From positions 15,562,001 to 15,626,000 of the forward strand of contig OX442314.1 in assembly GCA_949358305.1 (NCBI GenBank): a stretch of 64,000 nt of DNA. Direction: 5' to 3'. Origin of the DNA: Strigamia acuminata. Lineage: Eukaryota. Positions within the stretch are counted from its first letter, which is position 1. Each line of letters opens with the position of its first letter. A model generated the notes under the pieces. It was not told the origin of the DNA and did not search any database. It worked only from the letters and a program-made list of their open reading frames with translations. The translations under genes were made by a program, and so were the position numbers. Of the stretch, positions 34,238 through 49,665 are shown piece by piece.

Positions 34238-37200
34238 AGAACTACGTGGGGAGGGGATGATATTGTTTGTTGTATTTTAGTGCCATCTCTTGATGGGCAT
34301 GGCTTTCTATTGAGACACTGTTTATTCATGGAATTGTTTCCGATCGTGGTATTGTTTATTCTGGTTATTACTTCTGTCACATGAATAGTGTTGGTGGTGG
34401 TGTCCTCCTTAACGTAGTTCTATGCCAAAAAAATCTTTTTTTTAGTGTAATTTCCGTCGAATAATACAAAAACAACGCCACACATAATTCTTTTTTTTAC
34501 AAATCATCACTGTTTGTGACATATACAAGATGGATAATTGGATTTGTTGGTTTGTATTATTTTTTTTTTAAATTGCTAAGGATCTATCTTATATTTCACA
34601 AATAGAAAATGTAATCAAATAATATTTATTATTTAATGTTATTTATTATTTGAAAATTGGTGCAAGGACTCACTCAAGGAGCGCTGCTATTTTGTAGCTC
34701 TATTGCTCTAATAATACTATCACAAAAAAAAGAAAAAAAAGAAAGCAGACCAATTTTGCTTCTACATCTACCAGCTGCTAGTAATTCACAAAAAGGCTCA
34801 AAGATTTATGACGTGATATGAAAACAATTTGTAAAAGAAGAACCGGTAACTTCACAAACAAAGTCAACAAAAAAGTTGAAGAAAAATATGTATCAGTTGA
34901 TTGAAGTTTGAAAGAAAGAAAAGGTGCAAGAAAAAGATTAAACTAACATAAAGCCATACAATAAAACGGATAAAAAAAATATTAAAAAATGTAGTGAGGG
35001 ATTTTGTGGACGCAGGGACTCAAATAATGAAGCATTCAAACAGTTATAGCAAAACTCACCATCAGAGTGCAATCAAAGTCAGATTGCAAACAAAATAACT
35101 CACGACTTAAGAAAAGGATCCGCCAAAACAACTGAAGAGACATATAAGGAGTAAAATCTCAGAGGATTTAATGATTGATAAAATTTTCTTTATGACAATT
35201 TCCGACCAATGTGCTGGACTAGCAAAAGAAAGTTGGCACTGCATGTGCTGCTAAAAGATAAGTCAGAGAAAAAATTATAAGCCGACATTTAAAGGGTGGA
35301 AGAAGGAAAGCTCCACATCCGATTTTCTCGGGGTGACTGTGACTTATATGTTAGAGAACATGTGTCAACGATGAAAACAAGAAAAGGAAGTAATATCTAT
35401 CTGACCGGAATGGATATCCAAATGACACAAGGAGAACTTCAACTTTGTGTCTTTTTACGACAAGTTGAGATTCCAAACATTAAGTTTGATTGCAAAATCT
35501 TTTCTTCTTCATTTTTTTGTGTGCAATTTTCTTAAACTTTAGCACATAAGAAAGTGTATTTCAAACGGCAAGTTTTACTGGTTTACTTTAGAACATGACA
35601 GTTAGAATAAATAAATAAAAAAAAAACCTTAAAAGCACTTTTCTGAACTAGCTACACAAACAGACCCAATACGATCAAATGGAACAAGTTGACAGATAAA
35701 TTGCAAAATGTGGTATGTCTGTGTGCAAACTCGCAAACGTTCACTTAATTTCGCACGTGCATCGAATGAGTCCCCAGTGTGGGCGGGAAGAATTGTCGAC
35801 CACGTCAAAGACGGTAGAACATCTCTGGGGAAAATTCAAAATGTCCAGGCAAACACTCTTTATGATGTTGATGGGTGATCAGCATCTCCCCACATTTCCT
35901 TAGAATGAAGTCATTTGCTGAAAGCACGAAAATGTTTTCTGTTTTATTTTTCGGCACTGTCGTGGCAAATAACTGTAATTGAACGTAATTTAAATAAAGC
36001 AGCAGAAATAATTATACTAAATAAAAGCGTTTGAATGGAGGGGAAAAGGAACAAAAGAAGCTTCGTTCTCCTACTATATCCAATTAATTCAGAATTGATT
36101 TTTCTCTACAGAAAATGACCGTTGTATAGATTTTTTTTTGTTCAGGTTTAATGTACGAGAAAATAATTTGATTTCAAGTCAGATAAAAATTGGAAAAAAA
36201 AAATTAAAATTGATAATTTTATCAACTCACACTTGAAAATTTTTTTTCTTTATTTTTGGCATGTAAAACTTACAATGTTAGAAGGGAGAAATTAAAATCA
36301 ATACCACTCACTTATAATTCAAAGTAAACGCTGTTTGGTATAGTCCTTGCTTATAAGCATTATACTGTCATAATTAATATATAAATAACAAATGCAATTT
36401 TAAAATTTGCGGAGCAAATTAACAATTTAAATTACACAAATTAGTATAATATAAATACCTTAAGTCAACAACATTTATTGGCTTAATATAATTATAATTT
36501 TACTTCATAACATTTTTTAATATTTCATAAAATTTAGAATTTAAAATACTTCCTACTCAAGCACTTTTGGATTTTTTTTCAATTTAGTTGATGAAAGAAA
36601 ATTCACACTTAGTTTTAAAAAATATTAAAAAGGTTTATGAGCATTCCCAAACCAGTTTTACAAACAAACAGCCAAGTAAACCCAATCAATACCAATACCA
36701 TTAGCTATAAAAACATACTAAAGAAAACACAAAAAGAAAAGAAAAAATCGAAAAAAAATCCAGATGTTTCTCTAACCACGAACACAAGCTGACAGAAAAA
36801 TGCGCAATTTCTAGCACCGATTACAATACCTTATTGCAGTCAAAATAAATACCATGATTCATTAGAAGAATACGTCAAGATCATTGAATTGCCTAAGTCT
36901 CAACGTGCAGCGCCAATCGTAATTCAGGATATAAAAGGAGAAAGTGAGAGAACGTAGGGTTGTGGATCGTAAAGCTCCATCTAACTGAACAATTTATGTT
37001 CAACTTCTGACTCCCTTCCATTAAACCTGAATAGATTGTGGTGAGAAATAGATGAATTTTGATTGCCGAGACAACAAACTATTACATATCACACAAGTTA
37101 GTCATGGTCAAAAGATAAAATTATTATGATGTCGCCCCATTTTAACTGGCACTCACCTAATGTTTACTAAGCAATTAATCTGCACATTATTCGCAAAATG

Positions 37201-37597
37201 TTTTATTTATTCTCATGAAACCATAAACTTCAAAATGCTCGTCTTTAAGGTCATTCAGTTGCTTCTAGGTTGCGTCCAAACCAGAAGCAGTCAGCATGAA
37301 ACTCTGTGATCTATTTCCCCAGCAGAGCTCATGCCACAGCGACCGACAAAGGTCAGGGCTTAGACGGCTGTTCCGACTTGGTGTCCTGCAAACGAATGCG
37401 AAAAAAAAAAGAATGGACCTTTTCTTTCATGCCAGCAAGTTTAACAGAATCTTGAGGGAAAAAAATATGAAAAATTGAACCCATGAAAATGTTGTGAAAG
37501 TGAAGGATTTATCCTGCCAAGATTCGTACAAAAGTTGGGCTTTAATTTATACAAAGGAACGTGAAATATTTAAAATATGTCAAATATCCTACCACGA

Positions 37598-37598
<1 letters not shown>

Positions 37599-37630
<32 letters not shown>
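37599..37630 (+). repeat. Poly(A) tract (another at ~45310-45336)
   Basis: 32 consecutive A; no retroposon body or TSD recognised upstream. Confidence 0.8.
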
Positions 37631-37631
<1 letters not shown>

Positions 37632-40600
37632 AAGAGACATTTTCTTTCTTGTGACAAATTAAAATGAGAAATTGTAAATTAAATACTAACCGCTATTTTA
37701 TTTTTGTCATTCCAATCGACAATAATAATAGCCGTTTAATCTTTCAATTTATTTCTCTCACCCGCACTTTTTTGTGCACACAAAAAATGAACTTTCTTAT
37801 CAATACGAGGTGACAGAAGAAAATTGGTCCACATAATATTCTGCTCCAATATTCCATAAATGAAGCAGGGCTCAGTGAGTGGCCACTATTTTTCTCTGAT
37901 GTTGTTGACTTACAGGAGCAAAAGGTGGAATTCAGCCTCTACGAAAAATCTTATCTTTATTGGATATAAAAGAAGCTGACGAATCACTTAGACCAGGGCA
38001 GCAGTCAATGCACTGCTTCTGTCGCTTCTCATTACCATTCTAATCTAAAAAGAACTCGAGCTAAGCCACTCCATACAGTAACTGGTCACAATTAATCGCA
38101 TTTAGGATCCGCTTAAGCAACGTTATCCTATTCACAAACTTCCATTATGAAAGGAAGCTAAGTTTGAAGCTAATCAACAGTTTTCTTAGGAACTTTTATT
38201 ACCGATAACACCCTTTAGGGAAAGGGCAGTAAACCCCCCTCCCGCCAAAAGATTGCATCTGGCGAGCCACGTGTTGGGCCATCGTATGGAAGAAGCCCGT
38301 TGCAATGGTCAGCAGAGGTCGTGTGGTCGGTCGTATAAAACGTGCGACAGTTTCAAATCAACAATTCTATCATGAGCTACAAGATATTTTTTTTTCAAGC
38401 TGAGCGTTTGGAGCAATCGCGCACTCACTTTGACTCTTTCACTTGTGCTTTTAAAGGGCATGAAGGATTTCCGCCTATGGACCATTACTAGACGAAGAAT
38501 AGGTGCTCACATGAGCGGTGACGATTGTTATAAGCAGCATACCAATGATGTCATCATAAATGATGGCATTGCGTATTCCACGAGTTGAAGAAGACAGGAA
38601 GTATTAACCATATAAAAGGAAAGGAAAGGGAGGAAGGCAAAGATTTTGCCAGATATGATCTCGAATTGAAAGAGGCGGATAGAAGCTTACTTGAAAATTC
38701 TCGCCACACCATCTCGCACTGAACTTGGCAGATGACAGATTTTAAGACGTGTAATGGTTTCCTAACCACAAGAAAATTCACAACACCTTTGAGCATTCTA
38801 TATATATATTTACAGCGGTAAGAGAATTATGGAAAAATCGAATGAAAAATTTGCAAATTTATTTTCGCTCTCTTCCATTTGCAAGAAGAAAAATGCTGGC
38901 AAAGATCCGAAAAAGTTGTTTAGAGTAGAATTATTAAGCGACAATTGTTTTGATAAGTGTAAATATATCAACTCTAACATTAAAAGAAATTAGTTGGTGC
39001 AGATCGGTGCAATCCCCTTTGGAATCATATATAACGTTGAGAGTTGGCTCTGTAGAAGAGTTGAGATATAAAAGCGGCCACACACAGATGGACATTCGAA
39101 ATCACGTCATAAAGTTGAAGTTGAAATGCCCCAGCTATAAAAGTCCGTTCTTCCATTAAATCATGCGATCATGTGACCAATCACACACAAAAACTGAAAA
39201 TCAACATAACCCAAAAAATTAAAATTAAGTTAATCAGTCTTTTTGCTCATGTTTTTTCCTCTTTTGACATTATTTCCAATCTTCATACGTGGGATTAGAG
39301 ATAAAGATATGAGTAAGAATTTTTCAAGTCAAAACGGGTCCAACTGTATGTTTAAGTATGAAGCTTATTCTGACTCCAGTTGTAAATTATATTAAGGAGA
39401 CCTGTGCTTTAGTCTTCAACTATTTCTTTTTATTACACGAGATCAACAACAGTAATAAAAAAGAATAAAAAAAATAAAGAAGAAGAATAAAAAAGAAAGA
39501 GAAAAAGAGAAAAGTTATATAACTGGAAACATGAGATGAAAAAAACATTCAGTCTTTCAATCTATCTTCTACATGAAAACGGGAAAATAAAAAGAAAATA
39601 AGTTGAGCTTCAAGAATATATCCCACAGTTTGGTCAGTGTCAAGCAAAAACATCTCAAGCTCGGATTACGGTAAAATAATATTGCAACTCACAAACCACT
39701 AGCACATCTTTTTCCCATCCACAACGAAAACACTCGAAAAAGAGAATCGAAACTAAAGATCGACACTGCCAAGAAGAAAAGATGTTTTAAAAAAAAGGTA
39801 AATATATAAGAAAAAAAAACTATAGTGCAATATCCTACATCTGCAAATTCTATCAAACTAAGTGGATTTTTTTTTGTTTTACTTTCTCCATTATTCTATC
39901 TTCCACACACAACTGAACTAAACTTTCCTTCTCTTTCTTCTTTTTACATGAATATGTTAATATTTGCATGGGAGCTCAGCAGGGGCTGTCAACCGAGGAT
40001 CGTAAAAATCTTTTTATTCTCCTTCCTAAAACTTGCACGCTCTTTTCCTCTCTTTCTCTCTTCCTCTCGTCTTGTCTTTATACTTTTCCCTCTCCTGCTT
40101 TTTCTTTTTTTGTGTGATGAAGATTGTGTGTCAGTCAGTGAACATCTTAGGCGTCGAACTAAAGCAGAGAGATTAAAGATGCAGCCAAAAAATTTTCGTC
40201 ATCTCAATGTACCACAAAGAGGAGGAGTCCTAGCAAAATCTCGCGGGCTAAAGATGAACCCTCCTCGCAGAAGGTCCTTAAGTTAAAAACTGCACAAGGG
40301 GTTGGTGTAACGGGGGTTCTGTCGCACGAGACAAAAGGCAGAGACGCACAACCCTTGCTCGATTTATATGACGCTTGTGCAGCTATTTTACTGCCATTAG
40401 CGTAACCAGCTCGAGAGTCTTTATTGTTCTTACTGAACTTTCATAATTTATTCTCGAGAGCTTTTTGCATCTGCATTCTCATTTCTTCCTCTTACAAATC
40501 TCTTAGGATCAAAGTTTTAAAGGTTTTAGAAATTTCTTTCAAATTATTTTTACCACAAAATTGAAAATTAATAACAAAGTTTGTAATAGCCAGCAAACTA

Positions 40601-43600
40601 ATTTAAGTTGAAGTTGAATGTCACAGTTGCGAGTCAAGCAGTGTCAGCTTCTTATTCGCAGGCGAATTTCAATTTTAATTTCGACTTGTCACCAACAAAC
40701 ATGCGCGGTAGCAAAAGTTACCACATTAATTTCGCATTATCGGTTGCCAATTATCGAACGCTCGGTTCAGAAAGATATTTGTCAATAAAGCATCTGCTCT
40801 TTCTCGTTTCCCCTGAAATGACAACTTTACATCTGCTTACAAACACAATTAAGCATCAACTCAAGTTACACTTGTCACTCCTAATGTCAATTACATCAAT
40901 TATTATCCTCTACATCAAAGGCAACGCCAAATCGATACAAGCTGATTTCTTCCTGTTTCAAACAACCTTTCACACATTTCTCTTCCTCATCTCCCAATGG
41001 AACTATATTTAATGTTTTCTGCGCCAGATGTTTACATAAATTGAAATCTAGGTGCTTTTTTTTCCCGTCTCTCAACTCCCAAATGTTTTTATAACTCTTC
41101 TCCGTATGACATTACCACTTCACTTTGCGCTGAGCTCAGTCAGCCATGATGGAAGACCACGGCGTCACGGTTAATTACTGCAGCACCAATGTCTGCCTCC
41201 ATCAGCATCCATGTGCATAACCTAGTCATTCCTATGCAAATTGACAGCAAACAGACGTTTCGTGGGGTCTCTCTTTAGATAGGACGGATTGCGCGCACAC
41301 ACACGCAGTGGCCTACAACAAGAACATAATCCAAAATGGGCGCATTTAACAATATACAAACCCACAAGGCGTTAAGCGTTGAAAACTGTGTTTTTACTAT
41401 TTGCACGGAACTGGTGGAAATGCTTACCATTACCATTGTGCAACCCCATTTCTCGCTTTTATGTACAACACATAAAATTTTGTTTCATTGCAATTTCCCA
41501 GATGCGTCTGCTATGATGGATGAAGTTTGACAAACTACGAGTGTTAAGGGAAACTGCAGTTTGCTTCCTTTCGGTTTGCGTTTGCCTCCAGACAAATTTA
41601 TTGCTCAATTATCCTTAAGTACAATATACTCGTCCTTCTACTGGACGTAATTATACAAGAGCGTTTTCTTAATATAAAACACAAATAAAGATTAGTGAGG
41701 GCATCGGACAATATTGCAGTCTGTAACAATCCCATGAGAAATGGTCGGAAACACAAGATTCCTTTCTCACACTATTCATCACCTCTTGGTCAGCAATGAG
41801 AAAGAGGAAATTGTCCCCCTCGTTCACATATTACACCTTCTCACCAACTTTTCTTTCTGCCAACCACAGGCACTTAAACCACTGACCTTCTCTAGGCATG
41901 ACGAATGGCAGTTGCAGCTTAACAAGCACGAAAAAAGACCATTCTTTGCTACAAGAAAATTGCCACTTGCTATCATGTTTCTGTAGTTTATAACACTCGA
42001 AGGTTCGGAGGATACAATACAACACGTGGTTAAGTTTTACAACAACTGAGTCTTTTATTTTAATTCAATACTAATTTCAAACAATGCGCTTGATTCCGAT
42101 TGGTCAAGCAGCACTTAATCAATTAGAAGTTACAGGTGTGCAGGTAGATGCGATTGGAAACACACACCAAATACGCGTAATTGGACAAATAGACAAATCA
42201 CATTCGACTTTAAAAGCTCAAATGTATACGAAAACGCTGTCAGCATAAACCATTCTCATCTGTTACATTAATTTCATTATGTCTCTAAGACAACCGACCA
42301 TTGTTCAGTTTCATTTTTTTAATCAAAACTACAATACGACATTAGAAAGAAGAGTCACGCCTGCAACAGTACAGATAAGATTTATGTATTTCTTTTGCTC
42401 TTCTTTTATTTTTTCACTCTTGATTTATGGCATCCTTGGAGAAACACAAATTGAAGTGCTTTGAGTAATGAAATAATTAATATTCCAATATTAATTTTTT
42501 ATAACGAATAAACAAACCATTTTTTCCAATTTTACAAAAAAAATAAAATAAATAAATAAATAAAACTACTTAGTAAAATGAACTTCGAAAATGCGAAAAA
42601 CTTTTTCTTTTACGCTTGTAAGATAAAATCTAAAGATGTACCACCCGAAAAAAAAAAGAAGGAAAAAACGGTGGCGATAAAAAGAAAGAACAAGAAAAAG
42701 ATTTTAACTTGGTTTTATTCAACTCCTCACTACACTTCACTTGGAGGGAAAACAAACTTCAGCCCTATCCTACTTATTTCGTCTTTCCAAATTTTACTTA
42801 TAGCTTTTACAATCATTTTAAACAGAAAATACTGCCGAATACTTTATCAAGTTTCCCCAACGGTGTCAATATTGACGTCATTTTACCGTGATTAGTTTCC
42901 ATGGTAACACTTGATCGACCCAGTTGATTCTCAACTTCCATCACATAACGACGTAGCCATCACTTCTTTTTTTCCTATTTTTTTAAAAAAAATATATAAA
43001 AAAGGTTGGGCCATTTTCCACTTCAGAGTGAGAACTTTTTTTTTGTTTTATTTTCTCGATATACGCGAAGGGCAAATTAAGATTGATTGCAATCTTGTTC
43101 ATTTATCATGAATTCGAGTAGAAAAGATGAAGCCTTGTCTATAACTTTCACCAAGCAACATTATCAGTTCTTTCTTTCTCTGAACTTTGATGTAAGGCAG
43201 TTCAAAATGGTCGAAATCGAATAAATTTTAGATGAAAAAACTTTTCAGCGCTCGCAAAAACCAACCCTTAAAACAAACAGAATATTAATAAAAAGCACAA
43301 AACGGATTTTTGTTTTAAATTTGTCAAATTCAAAACACTTTTTATCGTTTCTAACCTCTGCAATGTAGAGGCAAATGTACTCCTTTGCATCTGGTGCACT
43401 TTCCATCATTTTGTTGTTACAGTATAAGTAGAGTAAAATTGTCTCAGCTTAACCCAACGCAATTTGGTCATATCTCCGTCCACAACTTTCTCCTCATGCA
43501 CGAATTTAGACATTCACTTCATTCCGGCTAGCGGCAGGTGTCGTCATTTTCCCCCTCGCATTTTGGCCAAGTCGACGCCAACGCCGGCCATTGAGCAGCG

Positions 43601-45305
43601 ATTTATGATACGCTGAACGGGTAAAGTGCCGCCTCGGCGACTCGCCTCGGACGAATAACTCTTCCATTTCTTGGCTTAGTTTTCTCATTCCACTCATCTT
43701 GCTCCGTTTTATCCAAACATCATACTGATCTCAACTAAGAATTGGCAAATTAGTTTCGTTTCCTAAGTAAATTAATTCTCTAAAAAAAAAATTTTTTTCA
43801 TACGCTGTATTACTTTGCCATTGTATAATTGGCGAAAAAGGAAAAAAAAAATCATTTTCAAACCAAAAAAATCGAAGAAAAAAATTTTTTTCTTCATTTC
43901 TTGAATTTTAAAGCAAAAAAATTTCTTTTAAATAACCTTTCTCAAATCTTTTCTTTAAATACTGCTCAATGTTAAAAATAATAATAATTTCCTTCTGCTT
44001 TGAAATAGCACTTTTTCATTTAAAAATTACTCTCCATCACGGACGATTTTTAAGGATAAAAAAAACCTTCTAGTTTTTTTTATACATAAAAACATGCAAG
44101 TTTCTCCAATGCATGTTGAATAGGTCCCCAAATTGACACATGGAGAAGAAAATTTGCAATCTATTCACAAAATTCGTACGCATCCGGCGCTAATCGGAAC
44201 ACATTCATACAATTGACATTATTCAGATTTTTTCTTCCCACCACAACAGCAGGAGCGGGGAAAAAATCAATTCACAAAACAGAATTAATTGGTCTCCTAA
44301 AACGCATATCACTAAGCATAATTTCATTTCAACTCCAGCACTTCCTAACATTTGAAGCTTTAATTTTCTTCTCGCCTTTCCCAAACGATCCGGAAAAGGT
44401 TCAGAAAATAGCACATTCTCTACATTCCCACATCTTTTGCTCCGAGCTAACTTGGCGCTTTTACCGCTGGCCGCAAGGTGATGTTGCAAACCGTGTTTGA
44501 TGCTGCATTCCAACCTAACGTCTCAGCCATCAACTCCGTATCATTTCAACTTTTTCTCAAAGCCCTAAAATGCCTTTGCTTGCAAATTTTATTACATGGT
44601 CTTAAATTGCATCTGCAATTCTGCAAAATTGGAATTTCATAGCTGCTATAACCACTTAAAGTAACTTAAAACTTACAACTTCCTTATGTGGAACTAGGCC
44701 ATTAATTTTCATGTCAGGACATGCTTTTTAACTATGCAACCCTTAACTAATGTATACATTTAATGTCCAATTTAGGCTGGGAAGTGTCAACTCAATAGCA
44801 TATACTTTGAGACATTTTCAAGAACGAGCGATCAACTTCGTTCATCTCTTCAAACTCATCATTTAGGTAATATTGGAAAAATCAGCGAAAAAATTCAATA
44901 TATTTCTTTTTATGAAAATGGCTTTGCTCCTGTATTCACAACTCAGCACTTGTGGTGAAAACATCACAGTGAAAGTGTAACAATCATTGTTCACAGAAAC
45001 TGCTGACCAAGGGCTGTAGCAACGGCTACACCGACGGCTGGGAAATTGATTTAAGACCACGCAGACGCCTCGCCACACTAATGCCAAGGTTTTCCATTAA
45101 TTCAATAACCCCTTCTCCTTTTTGTTTCATCACGCAGTATTGGAGTTTCACACAATTGCACCTAACTAAATAAAACCAGTATTGTTTACCTCGGTTCAAT
45201 GCAAAAACGCTTTATCTTTAATCTACAATATTTTTCGAACATGATGTTTTCGCCAACGAAAGCCAACAGCGGAAACTTTGCTGACCAAACATTTTTGTTT
45301 TTTAT

Positions 45306-45336
<31 letters not shown>

Positions 45337-48300
45337 TTTAAAAGTTTTTTTTTCCTTTCCCCCTATTGTTGAAATTACACATCTCGTTTAAAAGCAGACT
45401 TTCCGGCACCACCTTAAAAAATCCAGTTTTATTATTATTTTTTTAAAAAAAATAAAACTCATTTGTGTCAATCTCCCATCCTCTCACATTTATTGATAAG
45501 TATATGTTAGGCGGAAGCAATTGTTGTAAATTAGATGATAGGATAACAAGAAACAATACACACAAGTGTTTACAAATCAACATGAAGTTATTGTTACAAA
45601 AATTAGTTAATACAAGACAGGAAGAATGTTAGTTCGTGTTAGTTTTTTCCTTTGGTTTCGTACGATCCTTACTTGTTCATTTCGACTGAGCTGTTTGTTT
45701 AGATATGCACAAAGTGAATGATGGAACACTCGTTTTCCCTTGCTGCAAATCTCCTTGTTTTGTTCGCTTCGCTAGTGTATTCACTTGGTGGTCATTTTGA
45801 GCACCATCTGTTTGAGTCTTAAACTGGTATTGCACTCACATTCTTCTTCTTTTGTCACCAGTCATGCGCAAAAACGATCTGTTTCCTACAAAAAAAAAAC
45901 GAACACGTAAGAACAGCAAAGAAATTGAATTTTATCTCAACTACCGGTATAGATAATCAATCAATTATAAAATCGCGTTTATATTTGAAAACACATTTTA
46001 GTTTACAATTCAAAGGTCATGGATTCGCAACATTGTTTCAACATGTCTAAAAGCTTTAAACACACATTTTACACCTGTGAAACATATTTTTGGTACGTTT
46101 GAATTTGTTGCGGCGATTTTATGAAAACTTCATCTCTGTGCACACATGGCACTAAATTTCTAAAATACCAACAAACAAGTTGTTTTTAGCAAAGGCCTTT
46201 CGATCCTGCGATCACCTTCAGAGGTATGGTTGTTTAGTCAGACCACATGGGACTTCTTATATCCCATCTTGGATACCATAAACTGAAGTTGACTCGCGTC
46301 TCGCATCTGGAATTTGCATCGGATTTGACACACTGAAGCACTCGAACCGAGCAGGCATTTGCTGATTTGCACAAATGAAAAACAAACGACGATTTCTTAA
46401 AATCGTTGTTTGTGTAAATACTTTTAAAAAATGTAAGGTTCTAAGATTAAAGGCTAAAGATTTAACTGGCACACAAAATTTATATCTTTTTTTTTTGTCA
46501 ATTATTCATGTTGCTTTGCTTTAAGTCTGTTTAATCTCCCTGTTTATTGACAAACTTTTTATAAATTTTCGATTCAAGTTGCAGTTGTTATGGTACAGCA
46601 TCAAAGGATAAATTTTTTGTACGTAAACAATATGGACATTTCAAATTGTAATCTTTAAATTCCTTTTTCTCGGATTTTCTGTTATGTGAGAAGAGTGCAT
46701 TTGAAGATTACATTCAGTCATAATAAGAGGCACTTAAAGTGAGACTGTAAGAACAAATCCTGCGAACTCTGACAACCTTCAAGAAACGAAAATAGTAAGC
46801 AATGAATAGTAAATGATAAGTGCAACTCCAGAATGCAATAACATATTCTGTTTTCAACACGGCTCATGCTGACAAACACATTTTTTGAGCTGGGATCTAA
46901 GGAAAACTTATTTTCAGTTTACCATTTCCTTCCAGGGACATGTAATTTCCGTTTCATTTCGGCGGAAATGCAACAACTATTTTTAATTTCATGCCACTTT
47001 TTCGTGAATACTTTAGTGTAAATAGTTCGAGATCTCAAATTACTAATCAAATTCCAAGTGCCCCTACTTAAGCCACTCTCCAGTTTCAAATTTGCCATTT
47101 TGCACACAGTTTGACAAATTTCCCTCAGACATAGTTGAACCACAAATGTTTACTGATGATTTCGATTGAAATTGGAACTGTCAGTCATCTTCTTTCACAA
47201 ACTGGAGTGAAGACCCATAACGACATATATTCTGCTAGAAAAATATTATCTAACGCGTGCATTGCAGCAAAAGTAAACTTTCGTGAAAATTTGTGTGTTC
47301 GCTCATTCCTTTTTTAAGATTTTATTTAAAGCTAAATCTCTTTAAACTTTAATGAGAAAATGTCTCGCTAAAATGTAAATTGTCAGCATTGGTTTCAGAT
47401 AGTCTTTCCTATGTCGTTAAATGGCCAATTTAAATAATAATTTACATTCTTAGTTCAGCATAAAAACGCAAGAGCAAATGTGAATGCGGACATTATCGTC
47501 TCCCTAATGGTCACGTGATTGTGTTGAGTGCAAGACTTGATGGCAAGAGAACTGCGGTAAAGAAAAGAACTGAGTATTGTCGGCTACGTTTCCAAATAAT
47601 TTCTCTTGAGACTAACTTATAGAAATTGCATTTCTACAAATCTTCTTGCGCACTTTTGGCAAAAGTAACTAAATAAAAAAAATATATAATAAATTGCTAA
47701 ACCACTATAGAAACACAATAAACCATTACAAACAAACACCGCACTAAAATGTTGTTTAAAAAAAAGCAATTTTCCATTACGGGGATTTCATACAACTTTA
47801 AAATATTAATAATAACTTTATATTAATTTTTCAAAAAAGAATAATATGTTAATAAAAAATAAAATAAAAAAAACCTCACCATTATTTAATTCAGATTCAA
47901 ACTGAAATTCTATAATGATTTTTTTTTTTGTAAATATGGAACCTCTTCTTTTTTTTATATTGAAAAAATCATTTCCACACTGTGTAGCTCAGAGTCAATA
48001 AAAGTTCGTAAAGTTAACGGGCTTAGAAACAGAATAACAGGTAAAGAGAGAGCCGAAAAGAAGAAAGAAGTAGAATGCTGATGGTTTCATTAAGAGATCG
48101 TCCATGAGACCTCATACGACTAAAAGCATGTTGTAAGCACAGTACACGAGCGCCTCAATTTGCATTCAACTCACATGCAAGGAAGAGCACCGATTGATGT
48201 GCATATCTGTGAGAAGCGGTGCCACTCGGCAGTTGCTTCTTCGCTTTATAGACCAAGTTCAATGATTGAGCAGCCAACTGGCCTTCGAAAACATTTTCAA

Positions 48301-48600
48301 CCACTGCTCAAAGGGTATAGCAAAAACTCAATTAATCGATTTATGTAAATAAATAAAAAAAACTCAAAACTTTTATCTTTCCGCCGTTTTAAGAACTTTT
48401 ATTTCAAAATTTAATTAGATGTGACCAAAAATGGACGACTTAGGTATTAGCAGATTGAAGTTATTGCATTAAAAGTTAGATGGGTATCATACGAAACCGA
48501 GTGAAAGAGATTATATGTAAATGCGTTGAATTATTTATTCATTCCATAGGTATCCCGTAATTTTAAGCGCCTTTAATTAATTATTCGAAGCGAGATTTAC

Positions 48601-48745
48601 CTTGGAGGCGGATCTGCTGCTTGTTTGTGTTGTTTCCAACCAACGTATCTCATTGCTTGAGAAGGGCAAGAAGGGTTATCGTCCGGAGATGAATCGTTTG
48701 GAGTGGGGCTGCTCGAATCCGTTCCGTGGTACAGAAGGTCGGGCA
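48601..48745 (-). CDS. Dscam: Dscam-family cytoplasmic exon (VPDLLYHGTDSSSPTPNDSSP...ADPPP); last exon that can be placed with some confidence
   Basis: Acceptor ...ttttctctatggcag| at 48746, phase 1 matching the previous exon. Open throughout, ending at AG|GTAAAT (phase-2 donor, or R-stop if unspliced). Confidence 0.6.
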
Positions 48746-49665
48746 CTGCCATAGAGAAAACAAGTGAGAAAAGTCAGCAAACGGAAAGAACTACATCAAA
48801 AGCAGAAGCTACCGAATTTTATATCACACATGTCAACTCGTAACCACCTCCTGCTGTTTTATGACTCTGGCAAATGACAATACGAAATTGTAAAACAAAA
48901 GACAAAAAAGTAAACATAAAAGAAGGTGTAAATATATCGACCTACAGAAAAAACAACTTTATCCACACACACAAAACACACAAAATGATAAAAACTTTAA
49001 TTAATAATCGTATCTCGACATTTAAACAGCAATACCGTAACTAGATTTTAAATATTGATATGGTTTGTTATCGTCCATTAATCAGCGTTTCATGGCTTGA
49101 AAATTTCAAACAGCTATAAAATTAACGATAAAATAGAAGGGCACTTTCAATCAAACAATCAAACAATCAAACATTTATCAGACCTGAAATTAATTAGCTA
49201 TTTTATTTCCCCAGCAGTGTGCAAACATTCGAAATAGCTTTTATTAGATTACAATTCGATTTAGTCCGAGAGACGTACCATAAGGACCTCCTTGGAACGT
49301 CAAGATGTGCTGTTGTTAGTTTGTGAGTTATGCTTTCCAATTACAGTTAACTAAGATCCATTTAAAAGCAAAGTTGACATATCCCCATGACAGTTTAATC
49401 TTTAATGCGTGCACCACGTTCTGATACACTGAGAAAAGTACAAACTAACCATGATATCTAATTTCACTTTAATATTATCTAATTGCACATTAGCGCACCG
49501 AGACTTAAGTTATTTATCAGATCCGTGATCGGCTTTACTGTAATTGGCTTGTGATAGGTTCAGCACAAGTACGGATATCAAAAGCTTTTAATCTGCGCAG
49601 CATGTTTATCTGTGCCTCGTTACATGCAGTACATAAAAGCCATTGTTTATAATAATATAATGTAC

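Noticed and set aside
39825..41012. 153-aa and 134-aa plus-strand ORFs with hydrophobic stretches
   Set aside because: Non-ATG starts, and Phe/Leu/Ser-rich composition caused by pyrimidine-rich low-complexity DNA; no motifs.
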